DNA of 54,882 bases, counting the filler, from Circinaria calcarea (Eukaryota), in NCBI GenBank assembly GCA_051942165.1. It is 2 parts of 2 records of this genome, joined end to end, with 100 filler letters (N's around TTAATTAATTAA, not from the genome) between each part and the next. Parts side by side here need not be neighbours in the genome. Positions count along the whole stretch, not along the records: positions 1 to 27,470 come from JAVECS010000066.1; 1 more part is not named here. One strand, written 5' to 3'. A program made the position numbers and the translations under genes. The notes under the pieces were generated by a model. It had not been told where the DNA came from. It saw nothing but the letters and a program-made list of their open reading frames with translations, and made no database searches. This document shows, in pieces, positions 1-13,400 of the stretch. Position 1 is the first letter of the stretch, and the number at the start of each line of letters is the position of its first letter.

Positions 1-149
1 CTTACAAGTGTAGCAATATACTTCTATCGTTACTCATTACTTGCCAAGTGATTGGTATAGAACCCTCGTGCCTATTACAGAGTCCCCGCCTTATACCAGT
101 GACTAGCATTGCCTTTGCCTAAGAAGCTTAGGGACGTAACAGTGGAGAG

Positions 150-233
150 CTTCGGGGGTTCGAATTTTCGGAGGTTCGGAGATTCGGAGATTCGGAGGCT
201 CGGGGGTTCGGAGTCGGGGGTTTAGATGCTCGG
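150..233. repeat. Imperfect 8-bp tandem repeat (TTCGGAGR/TTCGGGGG units)
   Basis: Read directly: ttcggagg ttcggaga ttcggaga ttcggagg ctcggggg ttcggag... Confidence 0.85.
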
Positions 234-1150
234 GTAACTTTCCGTAAAATAACGCACATTATTTTACTAAGCGAATATTCCTTAGCTATAATTATTCTGA
301 TAATTTTCAACGGAATCCCGTGCATAGTGTTGAGCATACTGTAATGTGTGGTGGCATTCATGCTATTTAAGTATGTAGCTGTCTAAGCTATCTACCTAGA
401 GAAAAACGCTTTTATAATATGTGTAGAAAGTATTGAGCATGGACCTCCTCTGCAACACATGCTTCGGTAAGCCCTATGACTTTCAATATATAGAAGTTCA
501 CTTTATCGCACATACTCGGTGTATTCCAAGGAACTTTCACTTGCCTAATTCCGTAGTGCAGAGAAAATCATATATAACTATAAAGATTTCAGTATTCGCG
601 GAAGTTGCTGGGGATTTCGCAGCCGAATTACGCAGCGAGATTCATTATATGAGATCCGTTTTCCAGCCGGACCCTTTTAAATTTTAATAACGTACTCTTC
701 TGCCCTGCTCCCGCCCATACCCGTATATTCATCGCGATACAACTATTGCGCATGTGAACGGAGTTTTGTAGATAAGTGGCTATTCTTATAAATATTCCAA
801 GCGCTTTAAACTAAGCTTTTATTTACAAATGTATACGCAGTATTAGTGAGTGCATCCAAACCGCAAGCGAAAAAGAATTCAAGGAGGGAGTTTTGAATTC
901 CTCACGTGATTTCCGTTTTCTTCGTGGACCCTTTTTTCTATCTTGGTATTTATTTTTTTGTTATTTCTAATGAATACATAGCGTGGCGTGGCTTAAGTAA
1001 TATGTTAAGGCAGGAATCAATACGTACATAATAATTAATATTGTATATGATATGTAGTGTTGACTATATGGTTTGCAAAGTGCGAAATTGGGGGAAAACT
1101 CTACAGCCCGCGCTACTACTAATACGGGCAGTACGGAGTTTCTGCATACA

Positions 1151-1198
1151 GAAGTTCGGCATAGAGTTCGCCATAGAGTTCGGCATAGAGTTCGGCAT
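1151..1198. repeat. 12-bp tandem repeat (AGAGTTCGGCAT) x4
   Basis: gaagttcggcat agagttcgccat agagttcggcat agagttcggcat. Confidence 0.9.
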
Positions 1199-1409
1199 AT
1201 AGTATGAAAATGCGCATTACGCTTTACAGCGTATAGGCGGGGAGTATATCACCACAATTAAATTCAAATGCTAATAGCACTTGCCTTTTAGCGTGCCTGG
1301 TGGTACCCCGTCCTATTTTCTCAGTATGCTTGGCTCTCCAATCAACAGTTTGAGAATTTTAACCCGATCGAATTAACGGCTTATAAATAAAAAAACTTAC
1401 TAACCGATC

Positions 1410-4400
1410 TCATTTTTTTACCAACTGCGGCATTAGTATCCCCGTCGTAGCCACCTTATTGAGATACATCGCCACCAAACTGTGGAGTCCCATGCCTTGA
1501 GCCTTGGCCACCCACTCCGCAACCCCGAGTACCGTAAAATTCTCCCCGCTGTCCTGCTCCATCGCCGCCACCATGTTATCGATCGGGATCTGCAGCTCCC
1601 CGGATTCGAACATGTACGTGATGGACAAAGACGAGATACCCCCGGAGACGGCGCTGACGATTTCGGCCGCCACCTTCCCCACGGAGATGAAGTCGAATGT
1701 CCCACGCATGTATTCTGACTTGGGAATGGCCTTCATTAATCGGGAGTATTTCAGTAGGTTGCTCATAACGTCCAAGTCTGAAGCGCCGTCGCCGGTGATG
1801 GAGGATGGGCGGTGGATGACGAGTGGCATGCCAAACTTATCGCTGATCTGCTCGAGATATCGTTCCGAGGCCCATTTGGAGGCGATGTAGCCATTAGATC
1901 CGTCTCGAGGTGGTCGATACTGCTCCACCGAGACCTCTCCGTAGCTGGTCTTCCCCGATAGGTATGTGACGCTGGCGGTGGAGATATAGTGGAACTGTAA
2001 CCCATGCTCAAGACAAAGCTTGACCAGATCTTTGGTAGACTCGAGGTTGACGGGTTTAAGAGATTGATAGGTCTTCAGGAAAGAAACGTCAGCGCCGTTA
2101 TGGATGACCGCGTCTGCCTCGGCAAAAATGCTTGTCGCATCTTCCTCGGAAAGACCAAGGCGAGGGAGAGATTGGTTGCCGGTATGCACTGCCACCTTTG
2201 GAGAGTTAAACAGTGGTGGTAGGCGGCTCGGAACTTGGCGGACCCCAATACAGTGAATTTTTTCAATTGTTTCCTCTTCCATAAGTCGGCTTAACATAGC
2301 TTTTCCCAAAAAGCCAGTCGAGCCTGTCAGAACAACTACCCTTGGGATATCCGCCCCGAGGATGGTTATGTGCGGGAGATCCCCAGGCACTTTTACTTCC
2401 CTGTCCCAGTCAATCGGATCGCACTCAGGGGTCTGCGTAGTTGGAGTACTTGCTCCTGGAATATTTGTTGTCGAGAAATTCGAGGGCATCTGTTCGCTGC
2501 TATCTTGACCCTCCGGACCGTTTGTTCGTGGAAGGATCGATGACATTTGCTCCTCGCTGTCCCCATCATTGAACTCCTTTCCCAGTAACCGCGCCTTGCT
2601 GTCTATCCGTGATGCCATCCGCCCAAGAGTACTGACGTCGAATAGCTCAACCAAGGGCAAGTTTACCTTGAATGTGTTTGTGATGAGAGCCTGTAAGCTC
2701 ACTAGAAGCAAAGAGCTACCGCCGACCTGGAAGAAGTCCGCGCTCGAGTCGATTGAGAAGTGGTCGGAAACCTCTTCCGTAAGCACATCTTTCCAAAGCT
2801 GCCGCAGTCGTGTTTCGGTTTCGCCCAGCTGGGAGTCTGGATTGCTCGGCTGGCTCTGTGGGAGAGGCAATACACCAACAGAAATCCTGTCTAGCTTTTG
2901 CGAAGTGGTCAATGGCATCTTTTCTAGTGGAATGAACATTGTAGGACGCATATACTGAGGCACTGGAAGCTTCTCTTGTAATTCCCTCAGGAATGGATCG
3001 CGATTTTGGAGCATCTTATCTGGAGAGAATTCAATGTGGGCGACAAGGAATTCCGTTCCAGATGGGTTCGATCGGCGGACAGAAACAACTGCGTGCAGGA
3101 CGCGGCCATTGGTAGCTTGGACAATGGTAGCCTCAACTTCTTGCAAGTCGACCCGAAGGCCTCCTGGAAGCTTGACTTGCGTGTCGCCAACGATTCGTCC
3201 TTCCAAGGTCAGAGAGCCATCGCTGCCCAATCGGCCTCTATCTCCAGTACGATGCATCATAGTCCACCCTTGCGCGATGAAGTCTGGTGATGCAAAGGTA
3301 TTAGGTAAGAATCGTTGATTCGTAAGTTCCTCCATATGAAGATAGCCAGTCGCAACCCCTACTCCACCAATGACAACTTCACCTGGCATGCCAACCGGGA
3401 CAGGCTTGAGGTTCTCATCAACAATGTAGGCAGCGTAGTTTGCCCATGGCAGCAAGGCCGACGTCGTTCTGTCCCATTCGGCATCATCCGAGGCGTACGT
3501 AATATCTGATACATGTGAACAGAGCGTAGTTTCTGTGGGACCATAACAGTTAATAATTCGTAAGTCTGCCTTTCCCAACGCTCGGAACACTTGCTTCAGA
3601 CTTTGCGTAGCCTTTTCGCCGCCACAAAGACCTAGCCTCCACTGCGAGTTTTGTAGAGCTTCAGATTCACCAAATCGAAGCCAACTTATGTACTCGGAGG
3701 GAGTAGCACCTGTGACGGATATCCTTTCTAAGGAAATAATTCTTGACAAAGCAATCGGATCTCCACGTGCAGCTTGCGAAGCGATGTAGAGGGTCCCGCC
3801 AGTGCAAAGTGGCCAGAAGATTTGTGCTAATGACATGTCAAAGCTGAACGAAGCCTGCTGTAACACTATTTCCTTGTCGGTTTTTGAAAGCCACAGATCT
3901 GCAGCTGTTTCAACGTGGTTTCGGAACAGAGAATGCTTCATAACAATCCCCTTAGGTTTCCCTGTAGTTCCACTCGTATACAAGATGACCATTGTTCCCT
4001 CAGCGCTTGCGTAATTCGGCGTGATACTTGTGTTCGCGATGGAATCGGATAGCGTGGTGACATTAATCATCTTAGAGTTTGAGCCTAGGGCTTGAAAGTC
4101 GGCTTTGTTCGCCGTATCAACAAGAATAATGCTTGGTAAGCAGTCGCTGATAATAACAGCCAATCGCATTGTTGTTAGGCGTGGGTCCAAAGGGACGTAT
4201 GTCGCGCCTAGGCGCAGAATAGCCACCATCGAGCAAATCCAGTCTGTTGATGGCTCCTGGAATACTCCGATCCTCGATCCGGTCCCAATGTTGTTATCTA
4301 CTAGAGCAGCTGATATGACATTCGCGCGCGCTGCCATTTGGCTATATGTGAGGTAATTGCCAATCCCATCTTTCAGAGCGAGATCTTCACCATGCAGCTG

Positions 4401-7400
4401 AACCATTATATCAACGCGGTGTAGTAGGGTATCATGCCACTTAGGAGGGCAAACCGGGCCTATCAAAATTAAGTATTCGCGCAACTAAATTTAAAAATAT
4501 CATCGAACAGCTAATACTGACCATGCCCGAGCTCAAGAGCTTTCTTAATCTCCACCGACTCATATAAAGAGGGTCTACTGAGCCGCGTCGCCGGATTGCG
4601 GGAAAAGGCGTCTAGAAGATTAACAAAGCTACGCATCAATATCTCGCCATGGTTAGCGGTATAGAGCTCCTTTTGGACTGACATCCTGATTAGAGCGTCT
4701 CCACCGGCATTATCGACCACGTCAATACTGAGGTCATATGCAATCTGTCCGCCGTCAAACTCGGTCCATTCACAGTCACATCCGCAGAAAGTTCGACTTT
4801 CTGAGATACCTTGTCGGTAGTTAAGGAACACCTGGAAAAGGGGACTCTGGCTGGACGATCTAGGAACGTTGAGCTCATTGAGTAGAACGTCGAATGGTAC
4901 TTTAGAGTTGGCAAATGCTCGCGTCGTTTTACCCTTAGTTTCCTTGACCGCGTCCGTGAACGTCTGTGTAGTAGCTTGGCTTTTAAAGCGGATAGGAAGG
5001 AGGTTCAAGTAACATCCCAAGCTCAGGAGCACATCGCTTTCATTTCTATTTGCATCGGCGATGCCGATACACAGGTCATCGATATCCAAAAATCGAAGAA
5101 TCAGGGTCTTATAAACTGTCAGGTAGAACTGAAAAGGAGAGACCTTGAGTCTTTTGCAAGTTTCGTGGATTTGCGCGGACAAACCAGTGTTGACTCGATG
5201 AGATACCAAATGGGATCCATATTTTGTCAATGTCACGCGGGACTTTAACGTGGATAAAGGTAGGAGAGGAATCGGTGGAGGAGTATCGGGGAACTCTTTG
5301 CGCCAAAACGCAAGCTCTTCAGTCCATTTTCCGTCTCGATAGTCTCGCCTTTGTCTCGAGGCAAATTCCGGGTATTGGAGGACATGTGCGTTTGCAGAAG
5401 AAGTGAGATTATAACTCTTCTGCAGGTCAGAAAAGAATATCTCGAAACTAATGCCATCCATATTGATATGATGATATCCGAGCAGAATTTGGTGAGAATC
5501 GGGAGATAATGAAAGTAAAATTATTCTCATTGTCTGCCCTTTCTCAAGGTCATAGATATGCTCTTTCAAGCGAACATACTCTTTAGTAATCTCGCTGCTG
5601 TCAGAGATGTCTTTTCGCTCTAAGCGGAGAACCGAAGATTCAAGAACTCCCTGCATTGCTTGATGGTTTTCATCGGTAAAGAAGCGTGTTCGTAGAGATT
5701 CGTGACGTTGTCCAACAGCAGCAACCGCTTGAGCTAACTGATCCACACGGATACTCCCTTTCAGATGAATAGACGTGGTAACATTGAAGGTTGCCTGATC
5801 TTCGAGGTAGAACTTCAGGAACCAAAACCGCGATTGGCTAAAAGACATGGGCACCACTCTCTGGGCACAGCTCTCAGAGCCAGATGGTTTTGCAATCTCT
5901 TCGAATGAGGATATCGACAAAGAGGGAGAAGCCGCATTGAACGCGTCAACAGTGCTGCTATCGGAAGATGAAGCTGGGACTGAACGAACGAATGAAGACG
6001 TTTCGTGCACCGACGTAGTATTTGGCTTCTCGTTTGGCTCACGGCTTTTTAGTACTGGTTCACTAGTGATAGCAACCAAGCTTTCGCCTCGAGCTGGTTC
6101 TGAAGTTTGTTCCTTCACAGTACTGCTATCGAACTCTTTCATCGCGGAGTTGATAGGGATTTCCCTTGATCGAGGCACAGGTAGTGGTTCAGGCTTCTCA
6201 GATTCTATTGTATTATATGTTGAGCTGGAACCTGTGGTTACGTTTGGAATAAAGGCCGGAGGAAGTAATTCCTGGGCGCGGTGTAGCAGTTCACCAATGG
6301 TAGCGCCACTCAAGATCTTAAGGACGGGCATATCGACAGTCAACTCCTTGAGAAACCACGATCTTACATCAATTGCAACCAGTGAGTCAATACCCAGCGC
6401 GTCTGCACTCTGATTGATCATGTCTACGTCGGAAGCAGTTTGGAGTGTAGTTTGCAATCGTGCAATGAAGGAAACTTGAAAAGCGTTAGCTTAAGAATGG
6501 AGGATGTGATAAAGTAGACTTTACCTCTCAGGATCTTAGAGACCTCGTCGGGGGTAATGGCTTTTAGGAGTTGGTTTTTCACGGATACAGTAGCGGTAGT
6601 ATTGCCAGCCCTACTTAAATTGGTGGTATTTCGTTGAAAGACTAGATGCGAGAACAACGGGTTCTTATACCAAGTGATCTTCTCGTCCTCGCCTGCATAG
6701 AGAATCTGTAAACCTGTTGAGAACTCGGGGTTGGGTCCTGGTCGTGGAGGACTGGCTATAACTGCCTCAGCGAAAATCTGGTGGAAGTCCTGCTCAGACA
6801 TCCATAAATTGCCTACTTTGCGGAGGAACAGCTGTTGTGTTAGGGTTAATTCCCGTGTAACATACCCATTACCTACAATAGCGCCAACATAGACTGTTGA
6901 CGCTGCGAGGCCACGCTTCCTCCGTTGAGCAGCGAGACCAGCAAGGAACATGTTTGCCGCTCCATAAGCAGATTGACCTGGATTACCGGTGATGGAAGCC
7001 ATGGAAGATAGAAAAACGAAGAAATCGAGTTTGCTATCAGCAAATATCTCGTCAAGATAGATGCTTCCATCCACTTTTGGGTTTAATACTTTCTGCAATG
7101 TATGCATGTCCAGATCGAGGAACATGGTATCATGAAGGACCATAGCTCCATGGCAGACTCCAGCAATGGGCGGAAGATTACTGCAAATTTGCCGGTAGAC
7201 TGATTGAAGAGAGTCACGGCAAGTAACGTCACTAACATCGATTAGTTCATATCCCAGAACTGTTATGGCTATGACGGAGATACCTGAAATGTATTCTAAC
7301 CGTAGCACCAACTTTCTTGAAGCTGTTTAGCCATCTGGGATCGACTTTAGGATTGCGACTGGAAATGACAATATACCGCGCGCCGTGTGCGATCATCCAT

Positions 7401-10400
7401 CGGCAAAGCGAGAGGCCAAGCCCGCCTGTCAGGCCGACAAGCCAGTAGGTCCTATCCTTTTTGAACATGGGCTGCATGTCGACAGCCTCATATTTGACCG
7501 GTATATTAGAAGATGTCACCCAATTGACTAGCACCACGGGCCTGCTGGTCGTCGCTGTGTTTGGGATCATATTGAGTGACACCAGAGGGACATCCTGTAC
7601 CTCGGAAATGGGAAAGCTTGCAAGATGCATACGAGACGTTTCGAGTACATTCTCGATCAAACCGTTTGATATGGATGAACTGATGTACGCTGCTTGATGC
7701 GTAAGCATATCAAGGGTCTCAATACCGCACATGGCTGGAACATGGCTTGCGATACGGGTAGATGTGCTATTGTCTTCCCAGGACACAAAGCGTGAGAGTT
7801 TTGCCGGTAATGTTATCTCAATCATACGTTTGGTTGCGTGGGGATGTAGATATATCCATGTATCGTCTCTAACATCAGATTTAGTTGTGAGGAAAACCAG
7901 ACGTATATCGCGCGTGGCTGCTATGCTAACAAGTATAGCTGCAATGGTTTCGTTAGGCTCGAAGACCGCCAAAACATCTCCATTAGAGAGGTCAAAGAGA
8001 ATGGCTAGAGCAAGTAGGTGGTAGAACATGGCAAGTAGATATTCGACTGATTGCTCAGAGGAAAAGGGGCAAGCACTGGTCCAGGACCTAGAGACGTTGA
8101 GTAACGATGATTGGGATGTTGATAAGGTAATAAGCTGGTCGCCCGTTTTGGTGTTGATACCCAAAAGAAGAAACAAATAACCACTGGATCCGAACCTTAC
8201 AGATCTGAGAACCGAATGACTGATACAAATGTCGACACTATCATTGAGGCTTGTTTCTTGGAGTGGAACCAGGCCCGATTCATCTTGCATACTATATGTA
8301 GTACCCGAATATGATATTGTGATTGGAGAAATTTTAGGATCCATTTCTCTAGTGATGAGCCGACGTGATGAGTTATAACGATTATTCTGGGGTTTGCTGA
8401 GCTGTAGGCGAGGGATTAGATGCTGGCCTTTCTCGATTGCTATTTCTGGTTCAGTTGACCAGAGAAGATTCTCGAGTCGGCCTTGTTCCTCCCATACATC
8501 TGCCGCCACGAATCTGAGCATTGCTTCAGCCAAAATCGCTGCATCAGGTTCTTCGTCGAGATTGAAATCCATGTATTGGAGCCGGAGATGAACCATTTCT
8601 AATATTAGAGTTCGTCCAAAACCAACGACCATTTTCGCGTATGGATCAGCCTTTTTATATCCATGAGTAATCCATAGGACGTTCTTAGACCTCTCGAAAA
8701 GTTTTTGGAATCCTGCCAACTTCTCTTTGGTCATAGACTTGAAGATAGACTCATCGAGATCTTGCATGCACAAGACACTGCCTGCAAAAGAGAGTTCTCT
8801 TCTGTTCAGATCAATTAGCGATTCAAAATGCGTGATTTGACCACAATGCGGAGTCAATAAGGCTGTTACTATGGCAATGTATTGTGCAGTGTGCGGAGTG
8901 CTGCCACCAATGATCGCCAGCTGCCGGATGCTGAGGTCTGGTTCCGGCAGAGAGAGTGGGGTACGGAGGAAATTTACTCGATCATCCAAAGCCTGACTAG
9001 CAATGACAGACAATGGAAGTGGTAAGGCTTTGTGGTGCGGGACTATAGCGTCGATGCCAGAGAAGCCCGTCCTCTTTAACAATACTTCCCATTCCGCCAG
9101 ACCAACGCAAGGGGAAAATGTCCGTCCATCGTCGGTACCAAGCCACCATCCAGGTAGGCCACCAAAGATGAAGCCAAACCTCATCGGATCGTTATCAGTG
9201 ATTTCTAACAAAAGCAAATACCCACCAGGCTTGAGTAAACGCCGAACATTCTTCATTGTCTCTTCGAGATTAGCCGTGGCATGAAGCACTAGAGAAGCAA
9301 TGACCACATCATAGCCATACTCGGTATATCCTTGTTCTGTGACGGCTTTCTCAATATCAAGAGCTTTAAAGGTCATTTTTGATTCATATGCCTTGAAAAC
9401 TTCCTTCGCCTTTGTAAAAAAGCCAGTTGAAATATCGGTGAACGTATATCTTCTCCACATTAGTATCGAATAATGAAAGACGACGGAGGTGAGATACTGA
9501 CGAAGAGAAAGCCCCATCGAGTTGCTTCAAAATTGCTTTAGTCGCTCCACCAGTACCCGCACCTAGGAGAGAAGTTAGATTTCTGCTCACTAAGGAGAGC
9601 AGCGACGTTCCCTACCGATCTCCAATACATTCATATGAGGGTGACGGTGACCTATCTGTCTTGCCATGCGGGTCAACTTGTGCAGATACGGAGACATCCC
9701 AAGCGCCTGGACGTAGAAATCGTTCAACATGTTATCTTGAATCATTGGCTCCAACATTGTCAATTTGCCTAGGATCACTGCAGGCATGTTCTCACCAACA
9801 GCGTGCATTATCCTCAGATCAATGCTGTCGGGATGACTGTTATAAACTGGTGAGTCTAGATCCGAGACAGTAATGTAGTGGACGGATTTGAAATCACTGT
9901 ACCCCATTGTGTATACAGATAGCATATTGGATTTAAATGTAAACATACCTTGTGATGATATCCAGGATCTGATCATGAGTATCATTAATCCATTCCTGTT
10001 TTACAAATGGATGGTCTCCACTTGCGACGCGAGAGCACATATAGTTTATGTAATCAAACAGCTTTTTATGGTGCCATTCGCACTTCCCTCGATCTTCTGG
10101 GGTTGTTAATATCTGCAGATTTCGCAAATAGAAGTACGCAACCCGTTCGAGGGCAAAGCCAAGGTCATAGTACTCTTCAGTCTCCTCGAGGAGAAGCGAT
10201 TTGCCATGAGGGGAAGCAAAGTCCCAAACCGCCTCGGAAAAAAGCAGGAGATCGGTTGCCGCGGTGGCAGGCACCATAGGCTTGGTGTGCATTCCTTCGA
10301 GTTGGAGCATAGCATGTTGTCCCTCCTCAGGGTAGATATCAACATCACCATCAATCTGTGCCACGAGATCTTTACTAATGATGGAGCTGAAACGCAACGA

Positions 10401-13400
10401 TAGACCCTGGTCTGCATTGGACAGACATAAAGATGGATTAAGCCTAACTCGATCAATGCCCGTGGGAAGTTGAATTGACCGGAGCCTGCTATCGCCAGGA
10501 AAACAGTACGCGAGAAGAATTGATTGGATCGCCCCGTCCAATGCAGCCGGATGAATCATAAGCTTCTTGTCTGGATTAGTGCTAGCAGGGACCGATATTA
10601 AGCCTGTTGCTGTGTTTAGTTTTCTCTCGAGGGATGATAATGCCTTGAATGACCCTGAGTATCCGTACCCGAACTCTCCAAAAGATGTATAGAATCGTTC
10701 GGATTCAACCTCCATTAGTGCAAATTCCGGATCAGGCTTTGGCGGCAAAACAGCCAATTCTGTCTCTCCAAAGATTATTGTGATCTGCCCGTCGGCATTA
10801 AGCGATATGGGTCCTAATTCTTTGCTCGCAGCAGAGAAGAAACCGAACTTGGCACTCAGCACATCAGCTTGACGTTGAATATCGGTGAAGGCAAAGATTG
10901 TTTCGACTCCAGAATCTTCGTCATCAAATATCAGCGCTTGGCCAATTGTAAGATTCTCCAGCTCGATTAGCTTGATTGGCTCGTCTTTGGCAATTTCTCT
11001 GGCGGCCTCGATAGCTGTTGAGAGGTAACCCGCACCAGGAAAAACCATTTGGCCTTGGATACGATGGCCAGTGAGCCATGGCACCTCCCTTGGTAAAAGA
11101 AAGTTGCGCCAGCGGACCTGGTGATCTGAACTATCGTAGCATTTAGATCCAAGGAGCTCATGGGTAGGGTCCACTCGCCCGCGGAAAGCCTTCGAGATAT
11201 TAGATTCGTGCCAAAAGACTCGCTCATGGTCCCAAGAGTAAGTAGGTAGATTCTTCAGAGGGTTAGGAGCTTTCGCAGCTCCAACCAACATCTTATCGTA
11301 TCGAGCAAAATCGACAACTGATCTGCCAAGGGAAGACCATACAAAACCCAGACTACTTGAGAGTGCCTCAATGTCATTAGTGCCGCGATTTAAGACTCCC
11401 GTATAGAGAATTTTATGGCCTAAAACGTCTTGAATGATCTGAGTTGTTGGTCCTTTAAGGGCTGCATGGGGTCCTACTTCTATAGCAACATCAAAAGGCC
11501 CATGCTCGCCGATAGCATATTCAACTGCCTGCGAAAATAAAACCGGCGAAACCAGGTTGCTGTTCCAGTAGAGGTCGTTCATGTTTTCATCGACTTCAGT
11601 AATATCCTGTTGATAAACACTGGAGATCCACGAACACTCGAAACCAGGATTTACCGGACGTTGCACCTTAATGCCGCATGCTCGAAGAGACTGTATATAT
11701 GACGCGGAGCAGGCCGCCATGTGATGTGAGTGATAAGCCTTGTCAACTTTCAGCAGCCGAGCGAATCTCTTCTCCTCTTGAAAGACAAGTCGCACTTCTT
11801 CAATCGCATCTGCATCGCCGGAGATTGTTACACTGGCTCCCGAGTTGCTGGCTGCAACACAAACGCGTCCTTGAAATTTTCGTAGTCCGCAAAGTTCTTG
11901 AGCATCCTCATAAGAGGTGCCAACAGCAACCATAGACCCAGTTTGTCCTTTCGGACCTTGGGCTAAACGGAGATGGTAACCGCGATAATAAGCAATGCGG
12001 ATAGCATCATACGCGGAAATATACCCGGCGGCATACGCAGCACCAATTTCCCCCGAGGAATGACCAATAACCGCTACAAATCCGATGCCAGCACTTCGTA
12101 AAAGATCCACCAGTATTATCTGAACCGCTGTACAGAGCGGCTGAGACAGCGCCGCTTCACCAACACGGGAAGTTTTTACGCCCGCTAACAGCTCTTCCTT
12201 GAGTGACCAAGTCGGGCGATCTGCCGGTAGATCAGCCAGACTTTGCTCAAGACTTTCCACAATCCTCTGGACTGCTGGAGACACCATCAATTCCGCTCCC
12301 ATGCGAGCCCACTGTGCACCCTGACCAGTGAAAATACCCAGAATCCGTGGTGCAGGACCGTCTAAATTAGATCGCGGGCTCGTTAAAATAGCTGTAGTGC
12401 CTTTCCCCTCCACGAAAGCGTCGAGCTGAGAGCAAAGACTGTCGACAGTTAGAGCTGAAAAGGTAGCTTTGGTTGGGAAAGTTGTCCTTCGGGTGTTGAG
12501 GGTCCACGACAAATCACGAAGGTTCGTGGATTTCTCAGCCTTCAAATATGCCGAATAAGCGGCTACTGTTCTTGTGAGAGAGCGTTCCGAGATGGCTGAG
12601 AAATTAAAAGGCGTAAAGACACGGTTGTCGACGGGGGGAGGAGAAGGAGATCCCGAAACTACGGGTGGGTAACTTTCGAGGATTGCGTGGGCATTTGCAC
12701 CTCCAAATCCGAACGAATTTACACTGACTCTTCTTGGAGAATTCTGTTCGATTGCAGGCCAAGGCTGGGCAGTAGTGATGATTTTCAAGTGATCGTAAAA
12801 TGGCTTCACGGCTGAGGCGAGATTATCAAAGAGGCAGTTCGGTGGAATAACACCATTCTGTAGGGCTAGCGAGGCCTTGAGAACGGCAGCCAATCCAGCA
12901 GTGCCCTCGGTGTGCCCGATTACAGTCTTGATAGAGCCCACAAAAAGAGTATCGAGATTCTTTGACTGTGTATTAAGCTCGTTTTTAGCTGTGGATCGAG
13001 GTCCGAAAAAAGCTGTGCTGATAGCTTCACTGGAAGATAAGTTAGAGACAGATAAGTGCTGAATTCATATAGATACCGAACTGACCTCTCCACGGGGTCT
13101 CCTGCAGGTGTCCCCGTGCCGTGAGCCTCGAAATATTGCGGGCGATCGCACTTCTTGCTCAAATCCAAACCTGCTTTTGCATAAGTAGCCTCGATGAGAG
13201 CAGCTTGCGCACTTGCGCTCGGCATCGTGATTCCCTTCGTCCTTCCATCTTGATTAATGCTCGTCTCTCGAATGATACACTCGATATGGTCGCCGTCCTC
13301 CAGCGCGGCACTTAAAGCCTTCAAGACTACAGAAGCAATACCATCTCCTCTAGCATAACCATCTGCCTTCTCATCCCACATCCGAGACCGTCCGCTGGGA

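Larger units (their letters stand above)
1..1400. mobile_element. AT/TpA-rich degenerate repeat region, probable transposon relic(s), possibly RIP-mutated; possible LTR terminus (GTAACA) at 136-141
   Basis: Clearly lower GC and more TpA than adjacent genes; no credible ORF; internal short tandem arrays; gggacGTAACA resembles fungal LTR termini. Family not identifiable by eye. Confidence 0.45.

Noticed and set aside
150..1198. Short repeat arrays as CRISPR-like or telomeric repeats
   Set aside because: No unique spacers, not TTAGGG, eukaryotic context; simple minisatellites.
692..1246. Possible terminal inverted repeats (ctcccgcccatac at about 707-720 versus gtataggcggggag at about 1231-1244)
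   Set aside because: Short, imperfect match with no target-site duplication identified.
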